A stretch of 64,000 nt of DNA from NCBI GenBank assembly GCA_016182485.1, contig JACPGH010000005.1, forward strand, positions 64,305 to 128,304. Direction: 5' to 3'. The DNA is from Candidatus Kaiserbacteria bacterium. GTDB taxonomy: Bacteria; Patescibacteriota; Minisyncoccia; Phycocordibacterales; Phycocordibacteraceae. The notes beneath the pieces were generated by a model that saw only the letters and a list, made by a program, of their open reading frames with translations, was not told where the DNA came from and ran no database searches. How positions within the stretch are numbered: the first letter of the stretch is position 1; every line of letters begins with the position of its first letter. This document shows, piece by piece, positions 18,298 to 27,433 of this stretch. A program made the position numbers and the translations under genes.

Positions 18298-19656
18298 ATG
18301 GAGAGGACAATGGAAGGCCAACCGAAGCAGAAACTCGAGAGCCAAGAAGCGCTGTCAGAACTGACGTTGCAGACCGAGCTGCGCGAGAGCGGGGAGTACG
18401 CCTACGCCCCGTCCGCATCGCACTGGTACTGGAACATGGTGGACGGCAAGCCGTTCAGCGACACGCAGAAAGCGGAGCTTCTCCTGGCGCAAAAAGACGA
18501 GCTTCCGTATCTGGTCTCCGCCTTGTTGGAGAGGACCTGCAATCTCCGCTGCGCGCACTGCATCTACCAAGACGAGCAGAGCAGCAGGAAGGCGTCGGAG
18601 GAAGGCCAGCTAGCGGCGGTCGTCGAGCACATAATCCGTACGATGCCGCAAGGCCCCGCAGAGCAGAGGGCCAAGTTCATGTCCGCCGGCAGAATCCTGC
18701 GGCCGTGGCACCTCGACATCTTCAAGAAACTTCGCGAGAGCCGGCCGGACGTGCAGCTTGGCGTCATCGACAACGGCACGTACACGAAACTGTTGCGCAC
18801 ATGGCCAGAAGGATTGCAACTGGACTGGCTCGACATCTCTGTGGACGGCACCGAGGCGAACCATGACAAGCAGAGAGGGGAGTCCTCATACGCCGCGGCT
18901 ATGGAGGGACTGCGGCATGCGCGCGAAATCACTCGCTCTCGTGAAGAGGGCGGATATGTGGCATCGCTGCTGACGCTCACCAACATCAACGCGGGCGACG
19001 TCTTGCAAGTAGCCAATACTCTTCTCAATGAGAAGGCCGGCGAACCGCTGGCAGACAAGCTGAACCTCACGACCATGGGGCCGACCAACGCGATCAATGC
19101 GCGCCTCGAGATAAGTCAGCTCGACTTCGCGCAGGCGTGGGACGGACTCAAAGAGGCGTGTGCGAAATACAACACGCCAGGCAACGAGCGTGTCTCGCTC
19201 GGCCTGTACCGCGTCGAGGACGTGGAGAAGCTCGCCGCAGTGGTCGGAGAAGGGAAATTCTTAGAGTCCTTTCCAGCCGACGAGGACAAGGCGCGCGAGC
19301 GGGTCACGTTCCGAGGCAACTTCGTCGAAACGCATGTCGACGGCGTGCCCGTCTCCTACCTGCCCATCTCGATCTGGCCGCCTGAAGAATTCTTGATCGA
19401 TGCGGATGGGGCATACCGCCTCGCCTACGAAGGCCAGTTCACGCTCGAGGAGCTGCGTGCGGGCTCACAAGAAAGCTGGGACGGCCACAGCGCGCGCGAC
19501 TACACCGTCACGCAGCTCACGCCAGAGACGGACTTCCGCGCTGTGTACGAGCAAGCCGTGGATATCTACTGGCAACGCTTCGGCCACGCAAAGCTCGATC
19601 AGGAATTCGCCGCGTTCGCGCGAATACGCGAAAAGGCCCGACAAGAGGGCAGGTAA
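18298..19656 (+). CDS. radical SAM enzyme (CX3CX2C; no obvious SPASM cysteines)
   Basis: LLERTCNLRCAHCIYQ radical-SAM cluster motif at about residue 85. Only one other Cys, so a SPASM/twitch domain is unlikely. Start could be 18298 or 18310 (SD GGAGAGG). Confidence 0.7.
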   Translation: MERTMEGQPKQKLESQEALSELTLQTELRESGEYAYAPSASHWYWNMVDGKPFSDTQKAELLLAQKDELPYLVSALLERTCNLRCAHCIYQDEQSSRKASEEGQLAAVVEHIIRTMPQGPAEQRAKFMSAGRILRPWHLDIFKKLRESRPDVQLGVIDNGTYTKLLRTWPEGLQLDWLDISVDGTEANHDKQRGESSYAAAMEGLRHAREITRSREEGGYVASLLTLTNINAGDVLQVANTLLNEKAGEPLADKLNLTTMGPTNAINARLEISQLDFAQAWDGLKEACAKYNTPGNERVSLGLYRVEDVEKLAAVVGEGKFLESFPADEDKARERVTFRGNFVETHVDGVPVSYLPISIWPPEEFLIDADGAYRLAYEGQFTLEELRAGSQESWDGHSARDYTVTQLTPETDFRAVYEQAVDIYWQRFGHAKLDQEFAAFARIREKARQEGR

Positions 19657-19671
19657 AAACATGGATGTAAC

Positions 19672-19708
19672 GGTCCCGCATTCATCGCTGAATGCGGGAC
19701 TTCTTATT
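19672..19708 (+). terminator. rho-independent terminator
   Basis: gtcccgcattcatcgctgaatgcgggac + ttcttatt. Confidence 0.5.
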
Positions 19709-19729
19709 GGTTAGAGCGAAAAGGCCGAT

Positions 19730-19918
19730 ATGGTATACTCGAATCGTATGACTTTAGCTCAAGTCAAAAAACTCGTGCGACAAACGGAGAAGGCGGCGAA
19801 GCTCGTCTCGCGCAACCGCCTCCTCATCGAGACGTATTTGAGCATGCGAGAGGCTAAAGAAGGGAAAGTAACCTCGCATAAATCAACGAAAGCATTGTTC
19901 AAGCGCCTGCATATATGA
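19730..19918 (+). CDS. putative antitoxin of a RelE/ParE-type TA pair
   Basis: 62 aa basic protein. Its stop overlaps the toxin start (ATGA). Confidence 0.4.
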   Translation: MVYSNRMTLAQVKKLVRQTEKAAKLVSRNRLLIETYLSMREAKEGKVTSHKSTKALFKRLHI

Positions 19919-20190
19919 TCCCCGAGCGGCGAATCGATACTACGCCGCACTTTGATCATGCACTCACGCACTTTCTCAAAGCTCACCCAGACCTGCGGGA
20001 GAAGACACTTGTCCTCATTGATCGACTCGCAATAGACCCTTTTGACCCACGCAACAAGACGCATCGGTTATCAGGCCCGCTCAAGTCGCTGTGGGGAGCG
20101 CATATTTCATTTCAGTATCGCCTCATATTCGCGATTTCGGACGACGCCATTTTGTTAATAAACACAGGTTCGCACGATGAGGTGTATTAG
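19915..20190 (+). CDS. RelE/ParE-family toxin (mRNA interferase)
   Basis: C-terminal LSGPLKSLWGAHISFQYRLIFAISDD..LLINTGSHDEVY resembles the RelE/ParE/YoeB family. Confidence 0.65.
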   Translation: MIPERRIDTTPHFDHALTHFLKAHPDLREKTLVLIDRLAIDPFDPRNKTHRLSGPLKSLWGAHISFQYRLIFAISDDAILLINTGSHDEVY

Positions 20191-20201
20191 CAGAGCCTAA
20201 T

Positions 20202-20984
20202 TTAAGCATCGAGCGTCATCCACTGGAGCGCGAAGATGCTTTTCAGCGTTCGGGCGATGCCGGCGCTCTCAATAATGAGCCCGAGCTGGTCCTGAAAGGA
20301 CATGATGCCGATTCTGTCCGGCCCGTAGAGATTGACCTCGACCAAGAGAGGGAATTGTTCCGGGTCGATGAGTTTGGTGGTGCGTAAGGACTTGTTATCT
20401 ATGCCCTTATAGTCCCGGATTATCGGCAGATCCGGCGCGATCGCTTCTACCCAGATCTTTTTCTCCAGCCGCTTCGGCACATAGTATTCATCGAGAAATT
20501 TCTGATCGAATTTATGGATCATTTCTTCCGAAACCCACGTCTGCATCTTTTGATCCGGAAAGCGGAGCGTGTCTTTGTACACGTCTTTAATTCCTTCGAT
20601 GCCTTCGAAATAGCGAATGCGCGGCTTTTTCTTCAGCGTGTTCGTGATGGAGAGCAATTCAGGCAAAATCTTCTCGATCGAAGATTTCTTTTCGTCGAGC
20701 AATTCGACTATTTTCCGCGGGTCCTCCGCTATGTATATGATTTTCTTTTGTCTTTTGGCCGTACTCACGAGTCCGGAACGCTTGAGCGATTCCACGGTGT
20801 CATAAAGGGTCGTCCGTTTCAGCTTAGACTTCTTCACGAGCTGGCCCATGTGAGCCTCGCCAAGCTCGAGGAGAGCCAGGTAGGCCGCAGCCTCCTTGTC
20901 GTCGAGCCCGGTGCCTTTCAAATCAGAAATCGTCATGGTTTTGGTATAAGTGTCGTCCTTTAGGTCAACTTTTACATCATACAC
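20202..20984 (-). CDS. TrmB-like HTH transcriptional regulator (paralog 5)
   Basis: wHTH (KEAAAYLALLELGEAHMGQLVKKSKLKRTTLYDTVESLKRSGL) plus the family C-terminus. Start may be the internal M (20936). Confidence 0.6.
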   Translation of the reverse strand: MYDVKVDLKDDTYTKTMTISDLKGTGLDDKEAAAYLALLELGEAHMGQLVKKSKLKRTTLYDTVESLKRSGLVSTAKRQKKIIYIAEDPRKIVELLDEKKSSIEKILPELLSITNTLKKKPRIRYFEGIEGIKDVYKDTLRFPDQKMQTWVSEEMIHKFDQKFLDEYYVPKRLEKKIWVEAIAPDLPIIRDYKGIDNKSLRTTKLIDPEQFPLLVEVNLYGPDRIGIMSFQDQLGLIIESAGIARTLKSIFALQWMTLDA

Positions 20985-21132
20985 AAAGCCAGTATTTATG
21001 CAACTTTCTAGGCACTATTGGCCGGAATATGACCCATTTATTGACATTACTACTCCACGGTGTCATAATGGCCTCAGGAAGTTGAACATTGATCCGTAAG
21101 TCCTGAGCCGCAAGGCCAGGCAGGACGAGGAG

Positions 21133-21633
21133 ATGGCAATGAAGATCCTGGTGATTGATGACAAGATCGCGAATCAGGAGTCCGCCCGCACCACGCTCGC
21201 GGGACACGACCTGACAGTTCTCGGCACTACCGTCGAGGCCGGAGCCCTGTTCAGCAAGTACAGCAAAGTGAAGTTCGACTTCGACGTCGTGCTGACCGAC
21301 CTCATGATGCCGGTCGATCACAAGGGCTACGCCGGCCAGTCCACGCCCTTCGGGCCTGACGGCACGGCGGTCGACCCTGCGTCCTGCGTCGGCGAAAAGC
21401 CCGTCGGGCTCGGGTTCGCTCTGCTCGCTGCCAAGAAAGGCGCGAAGTTCGTCGCCGTGGTGACGGGTATCGGCCATCACTCCGACCCGATCGTCGCCCA
21501 GTTCGATTTCTTCGGATACGGAGAAAGCACGATTCGCGTGGAGGACGCGAAGGTGATGCTCGTCAACGGTGGCGGCACATCCGAGCACGTGAAGGACTGG
21601 GGAGCGGTCTTAGAAGCGCTCATTAAGAAGTAG
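21133..21633 (+). CDS. CheY-like receiver-domain protein (single-domain response regulator, atypical C-terminus)
   Basis: MKILVIDD...DVVLTDLMMP receiver signature. The overlapping minus-strand ORF 20977-21588 is judged spurious. Confidence 0.6.
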   Translation: MAMKILVIDDKIANQESARTTLAGHDLTVLGTTVEAGALFSKYSKVKFDFDVVLTDLMMPVDHKGYAGQSTPFGPDGTAVDPASCVGEKPVGLGFALLAAKKGAKFVAVVTGIGHHSDPIVAQFDFFGYGESTIRVEDAKVMLVNGGGTSEHVKDWGAVLEALIKK

Positions 21634-21667
21634 CCTCCAGCGTGGAGCAAACCACGTTAAAAAGCTC

Positions 21668-21733
21668 GGGCGAAGTGCAATGCTTCGCCCGCTGTTCCGA
21701 AAATCTGATGCGAATTGGATTTTCAGAAGAGCG
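21668..21733. repeat. hairpin (gggcgaagtgcaatgcttcgccc) plus repeat A copy (21684-21733)
   Basis: 50 bp identical to the reverse complement of 6870-6919. About 150 bp upstream of the NYN gene. Confidence 0.7.
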
Positions 21734-21881
21734 GATGGGGTTATCTACAGCGGCAAGACTTCATGTTGACCTCGTGTGTGGATAGGTTATACTGGCTATG
21801 AAAATCACCGGCGCCTCCCGCAAGGGATTGTGCCGGTTTTTCGTTCTCCAATAACGAGAATCACATGCTACCATCATTTGC

Positions 21882-22550
21882 ATGAGAGAAACCGAACGTG
21901 TCGAGATTCTCATCGACGCAGGGAACTTCTATCATCTTGCGCTTAAGAAACTTGGCGTCGCGGAAATAGATTTCGATTATGAGGCCTTTGTTTCTTTTCT
22001 CATGAACGGCCGCACGCTCGTCCCTGAAGGGAAGCGATTATATGTCGGTACCGTACGCGAAAAAGAAGGCGATTTGAGGACGAAGAACGCGATGGCCGAA
22101 CAGCGCCGGTTCTTGTCAGTGCTCCTATCGGCGAAATGGCAGATAAAGACCAGCAAACTCCGATCGCGCATTGAAGAGATAGCTGTTGATTCGCGCATGC
22201 AGGAGTACAAAACTCTGACTGCCGCGGGTGTTCAAACGATTCACGTTGAACGCATGCGCGAAAAGGGTATCGATGTGAAAATCGCGACTGATCTCATCGT
22301 CGGAGCAGTAGACGATAAATATGATACTGCAATTGTCATCAGTTCAGATACCGATTTAGTTCCCGCCATTGACTGGGTTCGGATGCGAAAGAAGAAACGC
22401 GCCGAGTACGTAGGATTTTCAATTCCCGATGCTCGCGGCAACGCCTATGCGTCGAAGCCGACGTTTGCGCTCATCGCGCGGACGGATGTCCAGCGCATCC
22501 TAGTTGAATCGGACATACGGCGTTTTATTAAGCAAAAACTCATGCCATAG
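21882..22550 (+). CDS. NYN-domain (LabA/DUF88-like) protein, second copy
   Basis: IDAGNFYH...GIDVKIATDLIVGAVDDKYDTAIVISSDTDLVPAI. Confidence 0.65.
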   Translation: MRETERVEILIDAGNFYHLALKKLGVAEIDFDYEAFVSFLMNGRTLVPEGKRLYVGTVREKEGDLRTKNAMAEQRRFLSVLLSAKWQIKTSKLRSRIEEIAVDSRMQEYKTLTAAGVQTIHVERMREKGIDVKIATDLIVGAVDDKYDTAIVISSDTDLVPAIDWVRMRKKKRAEYVGFSIPDARGNAYASKPTFALIARTDVQRILVESDIRRFIKQKLMP

Positions 22551-22557
22551 CGCAACG

Positions 22558-22607
22558 CTTCGCCCGCTGTTCTGAGAACCGATCGAGTTCGGGATTCAGA
22601 AGAGCGG
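22558..22607. repeat. diverged repeat A copy immediately after the NYN gene stop
   Basis: cttcgcccgctgttctgagaaccgatcgagttcgggattcagaagagcgg. Same orientation as 21684-21733. Confidence 0.6.
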
Positions 22608-22824
22608 AACACGAAACAGAAGAGCCGCGACAGGGTCGCGGCTCTTGAAGCAAGCATCGCCTGGCATGCCGGCGGGATGAGGGGATTCCTAGTCGACCCC
22701 GGAGAAGAACTGCCAGATGGGCGCACAGCGCGCCCGCCAGGTATAGAGGTGAATGACCGCGTCAACCAACGCTGCGCATGCGACGAGTGCGAGCAGAGCA
22801 TGGAGCCTCGTCATAGCCGCCTAC

Positions 22825-23010
22825 TCATGCCGACGGGGTGGATGGTTTCGCTTCGTAGACTTCGATGAAGCCCTGGCAGGTGCAGGGCACTTCGACGGAA
22901 CGGAGAGTGATGTAAAAGGCCCCGTTCCTCTTGGCGACGACGACGCCGTCGCACTCGGTGATCGTCTCACCGCGCTTGATGTGAATACGCTCGCGCCTCA
23001 TCTGACCCAT
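22825..23010 (-). CDS. hypothetical small protein
   Basis: ORF only (61 aa, 4 Cys). Confidence 0.25.
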   Translation of the reverse strand: MGQMRRERIHIKRGETITECDGVVVAKRNGAFYITLRSVEVPCTCQGFIEVYEAKPSTPSA

Positions 23011-23076
23011 AGGACCTCCTTAGGGAGCAGTCTGCATAGACTTTAATACGAAATTCATCTTTACAGAAGAGGCCTG

Positions 23077-23595
23077 CTACAGTTGCGCGAGATAGCGTTC
23101 GAGTATGGTAGACTCGTCGAGATCGTCGCGGCCGAAACGCTCTTTTTGCGCGCGCATGAGCGGGATGAGTTCTTCGGCGCTTTTCCATTCAAGCTCGCTC
23201 TTTCCCTCGGCATCGGAGAGGTCGCGCCTTTCACCGGCGTCCTTTTGGTACGTGCTGAGAAAGTAGAGCGTCGTTTTCTGGAATGGCTTCTTGCCTTCGC
23301 GGTCATTACCGGCATAGGCAGTAGCCACGATAGCGCCGAGATAGCCATCGAGGGAGGCGGCGGCGTTAAATTCTTCCGCGAGCCCGCGAGCGAGAGCATG
23401 TTCCAGAGTCTCGTTCGGCTCGAGCGTCTCGCGCATCAAAATATAGAAATCGGTAATGGCCTCTCCCGCCCAGAACCCTTTCGCCGCGTCAGCAGGGAAG
23501 TGGTGGACGCGCACTAACCCTTCGGCATTCCGCATGACAGCTCCTACGGAAATGTGCTGGGCATGGCCCTCGTGACCAGCGTAGTAGTTGTTCAT
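23077..23595 (-). CDS. putative Nudix-family hydrolase
   Basis: Degenerate Nudix-box-like segment (ETLEHALARGLAEEFN). Start taken at the internal M (MNNYY); the upstream ORF part overlaps the divergent gene. Confidence 0.4.
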   Translation of the reverse strand: MNNYYAGHEGHAQHISVGAVMRNAEGLVRVHHFPADAAKGFWAGEAITDFYILMRETLEPNETLEHALARGLAEEFNAAASLDGYLGAIVATAYAGNDREGKKPFQKTTLYFLSTYQKDAGERRDLSDAEGKSELEWKSAEELIPLMRAQKERFGRDDLDESTILERYLAQL

Positions 23596-24313
23596 GCGGA
23601 TAGTATACAAAATGAAACAAAATGTGTTCGATGCTACAGTACGTGTACGAACAATGCCAAGCAACGAGGGGGCTCCAATGGAGAAGGCCGAGCAGATGGA
23701 AACGCACGAGGAGAAGGCGGTGCGTTTATCACGCGCTCTTGAGGAGTCTAGAGACCCGGAGTTTATAAAGCAAAACCTGCCGGAACTCTTCGACATTTTG
23801 GAGAACGAGCTCGGCTTATCGCTACTCAAGGGGAAAGAGGTAAATGCGATATATAGGCGCTTCATTGAAGGCGGGTGCCTCGTGCGTGTGGAAAAATTCA
23901 CACGCATTATGGAAGCGCTCGAATTGAACCATGGCTTCAAGGTCGGCGAGCGCATGGGCGACTCGCACTATGCCAATGCCGTCATCCCGGATCCGGAGGG
24001 CATTAGGCTCGCCTTCGCGGAGGGACAAATGTCCGGGTCGCTCCGAGTCGCCATGGGACTCGGAAAGTCACTGGTCGGATTTCAAACAGCAGCTGACCAT
24101 ATAACCGTATCCGCCGTCGATTTCGCCGAGGAGGATCCGCGCGACACTGGCAAGCGCGGGCATCTCTGCCGGCATGTTGAGGGAGAAATAATGGGGGAGG
24201 ATATTCGCGGCGTCGTGATGCGCATACCTCGCGCGGTGGTTAGCGAGTCTCTACTGACAGACGAGGAGTCAGAAGGAAACGGGCAATTCGTATTTCGCGG
24301 ATTTTTGACTTGA
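23588..24313 (+). CDS. hypothetical protein
   Basis: ORF only. The likely start is the internal MPSNEG at 23654. Confidence 0.35.
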   Translation: MFMRIVYKMKQNVFDATVRVRTMPSNEGAPMEKAEQMETHEEKAVRLSRALEESRDPEFIKQNLPELFDILENELGLSLLKGKEVNAIYRRFIEGGCLVRVEKFTRIMEALELNHGFKVGERMGDSHYANAVIPDPEGIRLAFAEGQMSGSLRVAMGLGKSLVGFQTAADHITVSAVDFAEEDPRDTGKRGHLCRHVEGEIMGEDIRGVVMRIPRAVVSESLLTDEESEGNGQFVFRGFLT

Positions 24314-24332
24314 ATTGCGAACCGCGAATAGC

Positions 24333-24359
24333 GCGGCCCCGACGCACCGTCGGGGCCGC
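24333..24359. terminator. GC-rich hairpin terminator, followed by a CTAG-repeat cluster at 24363-24392
   Basis: gcggccccgacgcaccgtcggggccgc. Confidence 0.5.
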
Positions 24360-24386
24360 GTTGGCTAGAGCCTAGCACCTAACTGG

Positions 24387-24662
24387 CTAGCGGATCGCCT
24401 CCTTGAGCGCCTTCGCCGGGCGGAACTTCGCCGTGCGGGTCGCCGCGATGCGGATCGTCTCGCCGGTGCGCGGGTTACGACCCTCCCGCGCCGGGCGCGC
24501 CTTGGTCGCGAAGATGCCGAGTCCGGCGACCGATACCTCGTCGCCAGATTTCAGACTGGAAACGATACAATCTATCACCGTCTCAACGGCGCGCTCCGCG
24601 TCGGCCTTCGTCGAGCCGAGCGTGCTGTGCACCTTGTCAATTATGTCTGCTTTGTTGGCCAT
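24387..24662 (-). CDS. hup: HU-family DNA-binding protein
   Basis: MANKADIIDKV...GLGIFATKARPAREGRNPRTGE.I.I typical of HU/IHF. Confidence 0.85.
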   Translation of the reverse strand: MANKADIIDKVHSTLGSTKADAERAVETVIDCIVSSLKSGDEVSVAGLGIFATKARPAREGRNPRTGETIRIAATRTAKFRPAKALKEAIR

Positions 24663-24823
24663 GGGAATGTTTAATCGGGTAATGAAATAAGTATAGAATG
24701 CGCCGCTTTTCGCGCAATACCCTTGCCAACTCCCAGTGGATAGCGCGGAATAAAAAACAACAGGCTCCCTCCGCTTCGCCGTTCCGCGAAGCTTCAGGGA
24801 GCCGAGGACGTGCCGGGGCGGAA

Positions 24824-25114
24824 TCATTCTTTTTTCCTGTCCGGCACGCATGTTTCTCCGTCAAAACGGCTGTACTCCGGGTAATTCACCCGGCAGTACT
24901 CGTTCAGAAGCTCGTCCACTAGGACACGAGCCTCCTTGGAGCTGACCTTTTCTGGTAAACGGCGAGCTCGCTCGCACTCTACCAGACGGCCCGCAAGTTC
25001 CGGATGCTCCGAGCAGACAGTGCGGGGCGCCGCTAGGGCGAACGATACCGGCCTTGTGAGCGTTCCTGCGAGCAACAGCACGCAAAGGGATATTGGCAGG
25101 CGGTGGCGGTACAT
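24824..25114 (-). CDS. hypothetical secreted small protein (signal peptide, Cys-rich)
   Basis: MYRHRLPISLCVLLLAGTLT signal-like N-terminus. Confidence 0.3.
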   Translation of the reverse strand: MYRHRLPISLCVLLLAGTLTRPVSFALAAPRTVCSEHPELAGRLVECERARRLPEKVSSKEARVLVDELLNEYCRVNYPEYSRFDGETCVPDRKKE

Positions 25115-25169
25115 GACACACCTCCGTGATCTGGGGAATGGAACGAACTCTGACAAAATACAAGCACAC

Positions 25170-26699
25170 TTACCGTGCGAATTCAACCACCCTATTCTCG
25201 CGGATTATGTTTACCTTGATCTCGCCCGGGTAACGGAGTTCCTCTTGGATACGTGCCGCGATATCCCTGGCGAGCTTGTGCATCGCGATGTCGGAAACCT
25301 TGCCGGGATTCACGAAAACGCGGATCTCGCGGCCGGCGGAGATGGCATACACTTTCTCCACTCCACCGAACGTCGTGGCCAGGCGCTCGAGATCGCCCAG
25401 GCGCTCGAGATAGCGGTCCACCGTGTCGCGCCGGGCGCCCGGCCGGCCGGCCGAGATCGCGTCTGCGACCTGTACCACGACCGCTTCGGGCGTTTCGTAG
25501 GGGAAATCCTCGTGGTGCGACTGCATAGCGAGAATGACGCGCTTGTCGACGCCGAATTTCTCGAGGAGCCGCCGGCCGATCTCGACGTGCGTGCCCTGCA
25601 CTTCGTGGTCCACCGCCTTGCCGATGTCATGGAGGAGCGCTCCGGCCCGCGCGATAGCGGGATCAGCGCCCACTTCGGCGGCGAGCATGCCCGCGATATG
25701 CGCCATCTCTATCGAATGCTGGAGCACGTTCTGGCCGAAACTCGAGCGAAAATGGAGACGGCCTAGCAGAGCGATCAGCCGCGGATCGAGGCCGAGGACG
25801 CCGCATTCGTACGCCGCCTCTTCGCCTTTCTGCTTCACTATCTCGGCGATCTCTACCCGCGTCTTTTCGACTGTCTCCTCTATTTTCGCCGGCTGGATGC
25901 GGCCGTCGGCTATCAACTTCTCGAGCGCGATCTTGGCGATAGCGCGACGCAGAGGGTCGAAGGAGGAGAGCGAGATCCGGTCAGGCGCGTCGTCGATAAG
26001 GACGTCCACGCCGGTCGCGCGCTCGAAAGCCTTGATGTTGCGGCCCTCCTTGCCGATGATCTTTCCCTTCACGTCCTCGGAAGGGAGAGGGACCGAGAGC
26101 GAGACGACATCGGCATTCACCGCATTTCCCAAGCGGTGGATGCTCGAGATGAGGATCTCGCGCGCCTTGGCCTCGAGCCGTTCCCGCCCGTGGGCGGCAA
26201 GCTTCTGCAAGCGCAGGAGGATAGCTTCCTCGTGTGTCCGCTCGATTTCCGAAAAAAGCTGCTCGCGCGCTTTCTCCTCGGTCAGGTGCGCAACCTTTGC
26301 CAATTCTTTGATACGCTCTCCCGCCAGGCGTTCTGCTTCTTGTTTGAGCTTGGAAGCTTCTAGTTCGCGAGTGCGCACCTCGTCTTCTTTCTCGTCGAAG
26401 TCGCGCTGGCGGGAGTCTAGGAATTCCTCCCGCGAGGCAATGTGCTCCTCTCTTGCCGTCAATTTCTCTTCTCGCTCCTCGACAGTCGCCAAGCGCTCGG
26501 TCTCGATGACCTCTCCGCGAAATTCCGCATCGGTGATGATCTTCGCCGCCTGCTCCTTCGCCTGGAGCAGTTTGCGCTTCGTTTCGATCTCGACGGAGCT
26601 GCGCTGGGCAAGGCCGATCAAGACGCGCAGCACATAACCCAAAACGACGCCGCCCACGCCTGAAAGCGCGAGCATTACCAATATTATGTTGAGTGACAT
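25170..26699 (-). CDS. rny: ribonuclease Y
   Basis: N-terminal TM helix, coiled-coil region, KH domain, and HD domain (HSIEMAHIAG...LLHDIGK). Confidence 0.9.
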   Translation of the reverse strand: MSLNIILVMLALSGVGGVVLGYVLRVLIGLAQRSSVEIETKRKLLQAKEQAAKIITDAEFRGEVIETERLATVEEREEKLTAREEHIASREEFLDSRQRDFDEKEDEVRTRELEASKLKQEAERLAGERIKELAKVAHLTEEKAREQLFSEIERTHEEAILLRLQKLAAHGRERLEAKAREILISSIHRLGNAVNADVVSLSVPLPSEDVKGKIIGKEGRNIKAFERATGVDVLIDDAPDRISLSSFDPLRRAIAKIALEKLIADGRIQPAKIEETVEKTRVEIAEIVKQKGEEAAYECGVLGLDPRLIALLGRLHFRSSFGQNVLQHSIEMAHIAGMLAAEVGADPAIARAGALLHDIGKAVDHEVQGTHVEIGRRLLEKFGVDKRVILAMQSHHEDFPYETPEAVVVQVADAISAGRPGARRDTVDRYLERLGDLERLATTFGGVEKVYAISAGREIRVFVNPGKVSDIAMHKLARDIAARIQEELRYPGEIKVNIIRENRVVEFAR

Positions 26700-26791
26700 A
26701 CGCCCGTTTCAATTATCCGCCGCGCCGGCACGGGCGCGGAGGTCAAGAATCAATAAATTCCCCGAACAGCTCCGACTGTAGCACAAAATTA

Positions 26792-27391
26792 TTATTTATA
26801 CACTTGGTCCACCAAGCCGTACTTCTTCGCTTCTTCTGCGGTCATGAAGAAGTCGCGCTCGACGTCTTTTTCTATCTTCTCGAACGGCTGACCGGTATTC
26901 TTCGCGAGAATTTGGTTCAAGCGCTCGCGCAGCTTCACGATCTGCTTCGCGGTGATCTCGATATCGGTCGCTTGACCTTCGGCGCCGCCGTGCGGCTGAT
27001 GGATCATCACCTCGGCATTCGGGAGCGCGAAGCGCTTGCCCTTCTCCCCGGCAGAAAGGAGGATCGCCGCGCCCGAAGCCGCCATGCCCACGCACACAGT
27101 CGAAACCGGCGGTTTGACATGATTCATGGTATCCACCATCGCGAGCGTAGAGGTCACCGACCCGCCCGGCGAGTTGATGTAGAGATAAATGTCCTTCTTC
27201 GGATCCTCCGCTTCAAGAAACAGGAGCTGGGCAATGACCAGATTCGCCGTATCGTCGTCGATCGGCCCGCCGAGAAATACGATGCGCTCCTTAAGGAGGC
27301 GGGAGTAGATGTCGTAGGCGCGCTCGCCGAACTGGCTCTTCTCGACGACCATCGGCACGAGCATGGAAGCACGCGGTGATGTGGTTTTCAT
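26792..27391 (-). CDS. clpP: ATP-dependent Clp protease proteolytic subunit
   Basis: INSPGGSVT...[10 protein letters not shown]...MIHQP catalytic Ser/His/Asp context. Confidence 0.9.
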   Translation of the reverse strand: MKTTSPRASMLVPMVVEKSQFGERAYDIYSRLLKERIVFLGGPIDDDTANLVIAQLLFLEAEDPKKDIYLYINSPGGSVTSTLAMVDTMNHVKPPVSTVCVGMAASGAAILLSAGEKGKRFALPNAEVMIHQPHGGAEGQATDIEITAKQIVKLRERLNQILAKNTGQPFEKIEKDVERDFFMTAEEAKKYGLVDQVYK

Positions 27392-27433
27392 AATATTAGT
27401 ACGCTACCTAAAACCCCGCAATAAATCAAATTC

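Noticed and set aside
20977-21588. 203-aa minus-strand ORF overlapping the receiver-domain gene
   Set aside because: Low-complexity Arg/Ala/Gly-rich translation typical of the antisense frame of a GC-rich gene. The plus-strand product has a clear CheY-like signature.
25534-26712. Long antisense ORFs (367 aa and 243 aa) inside rny
   Set aside because: Ser/Arg-rich, no motifs. rny on the opposite strand is unambiguous.
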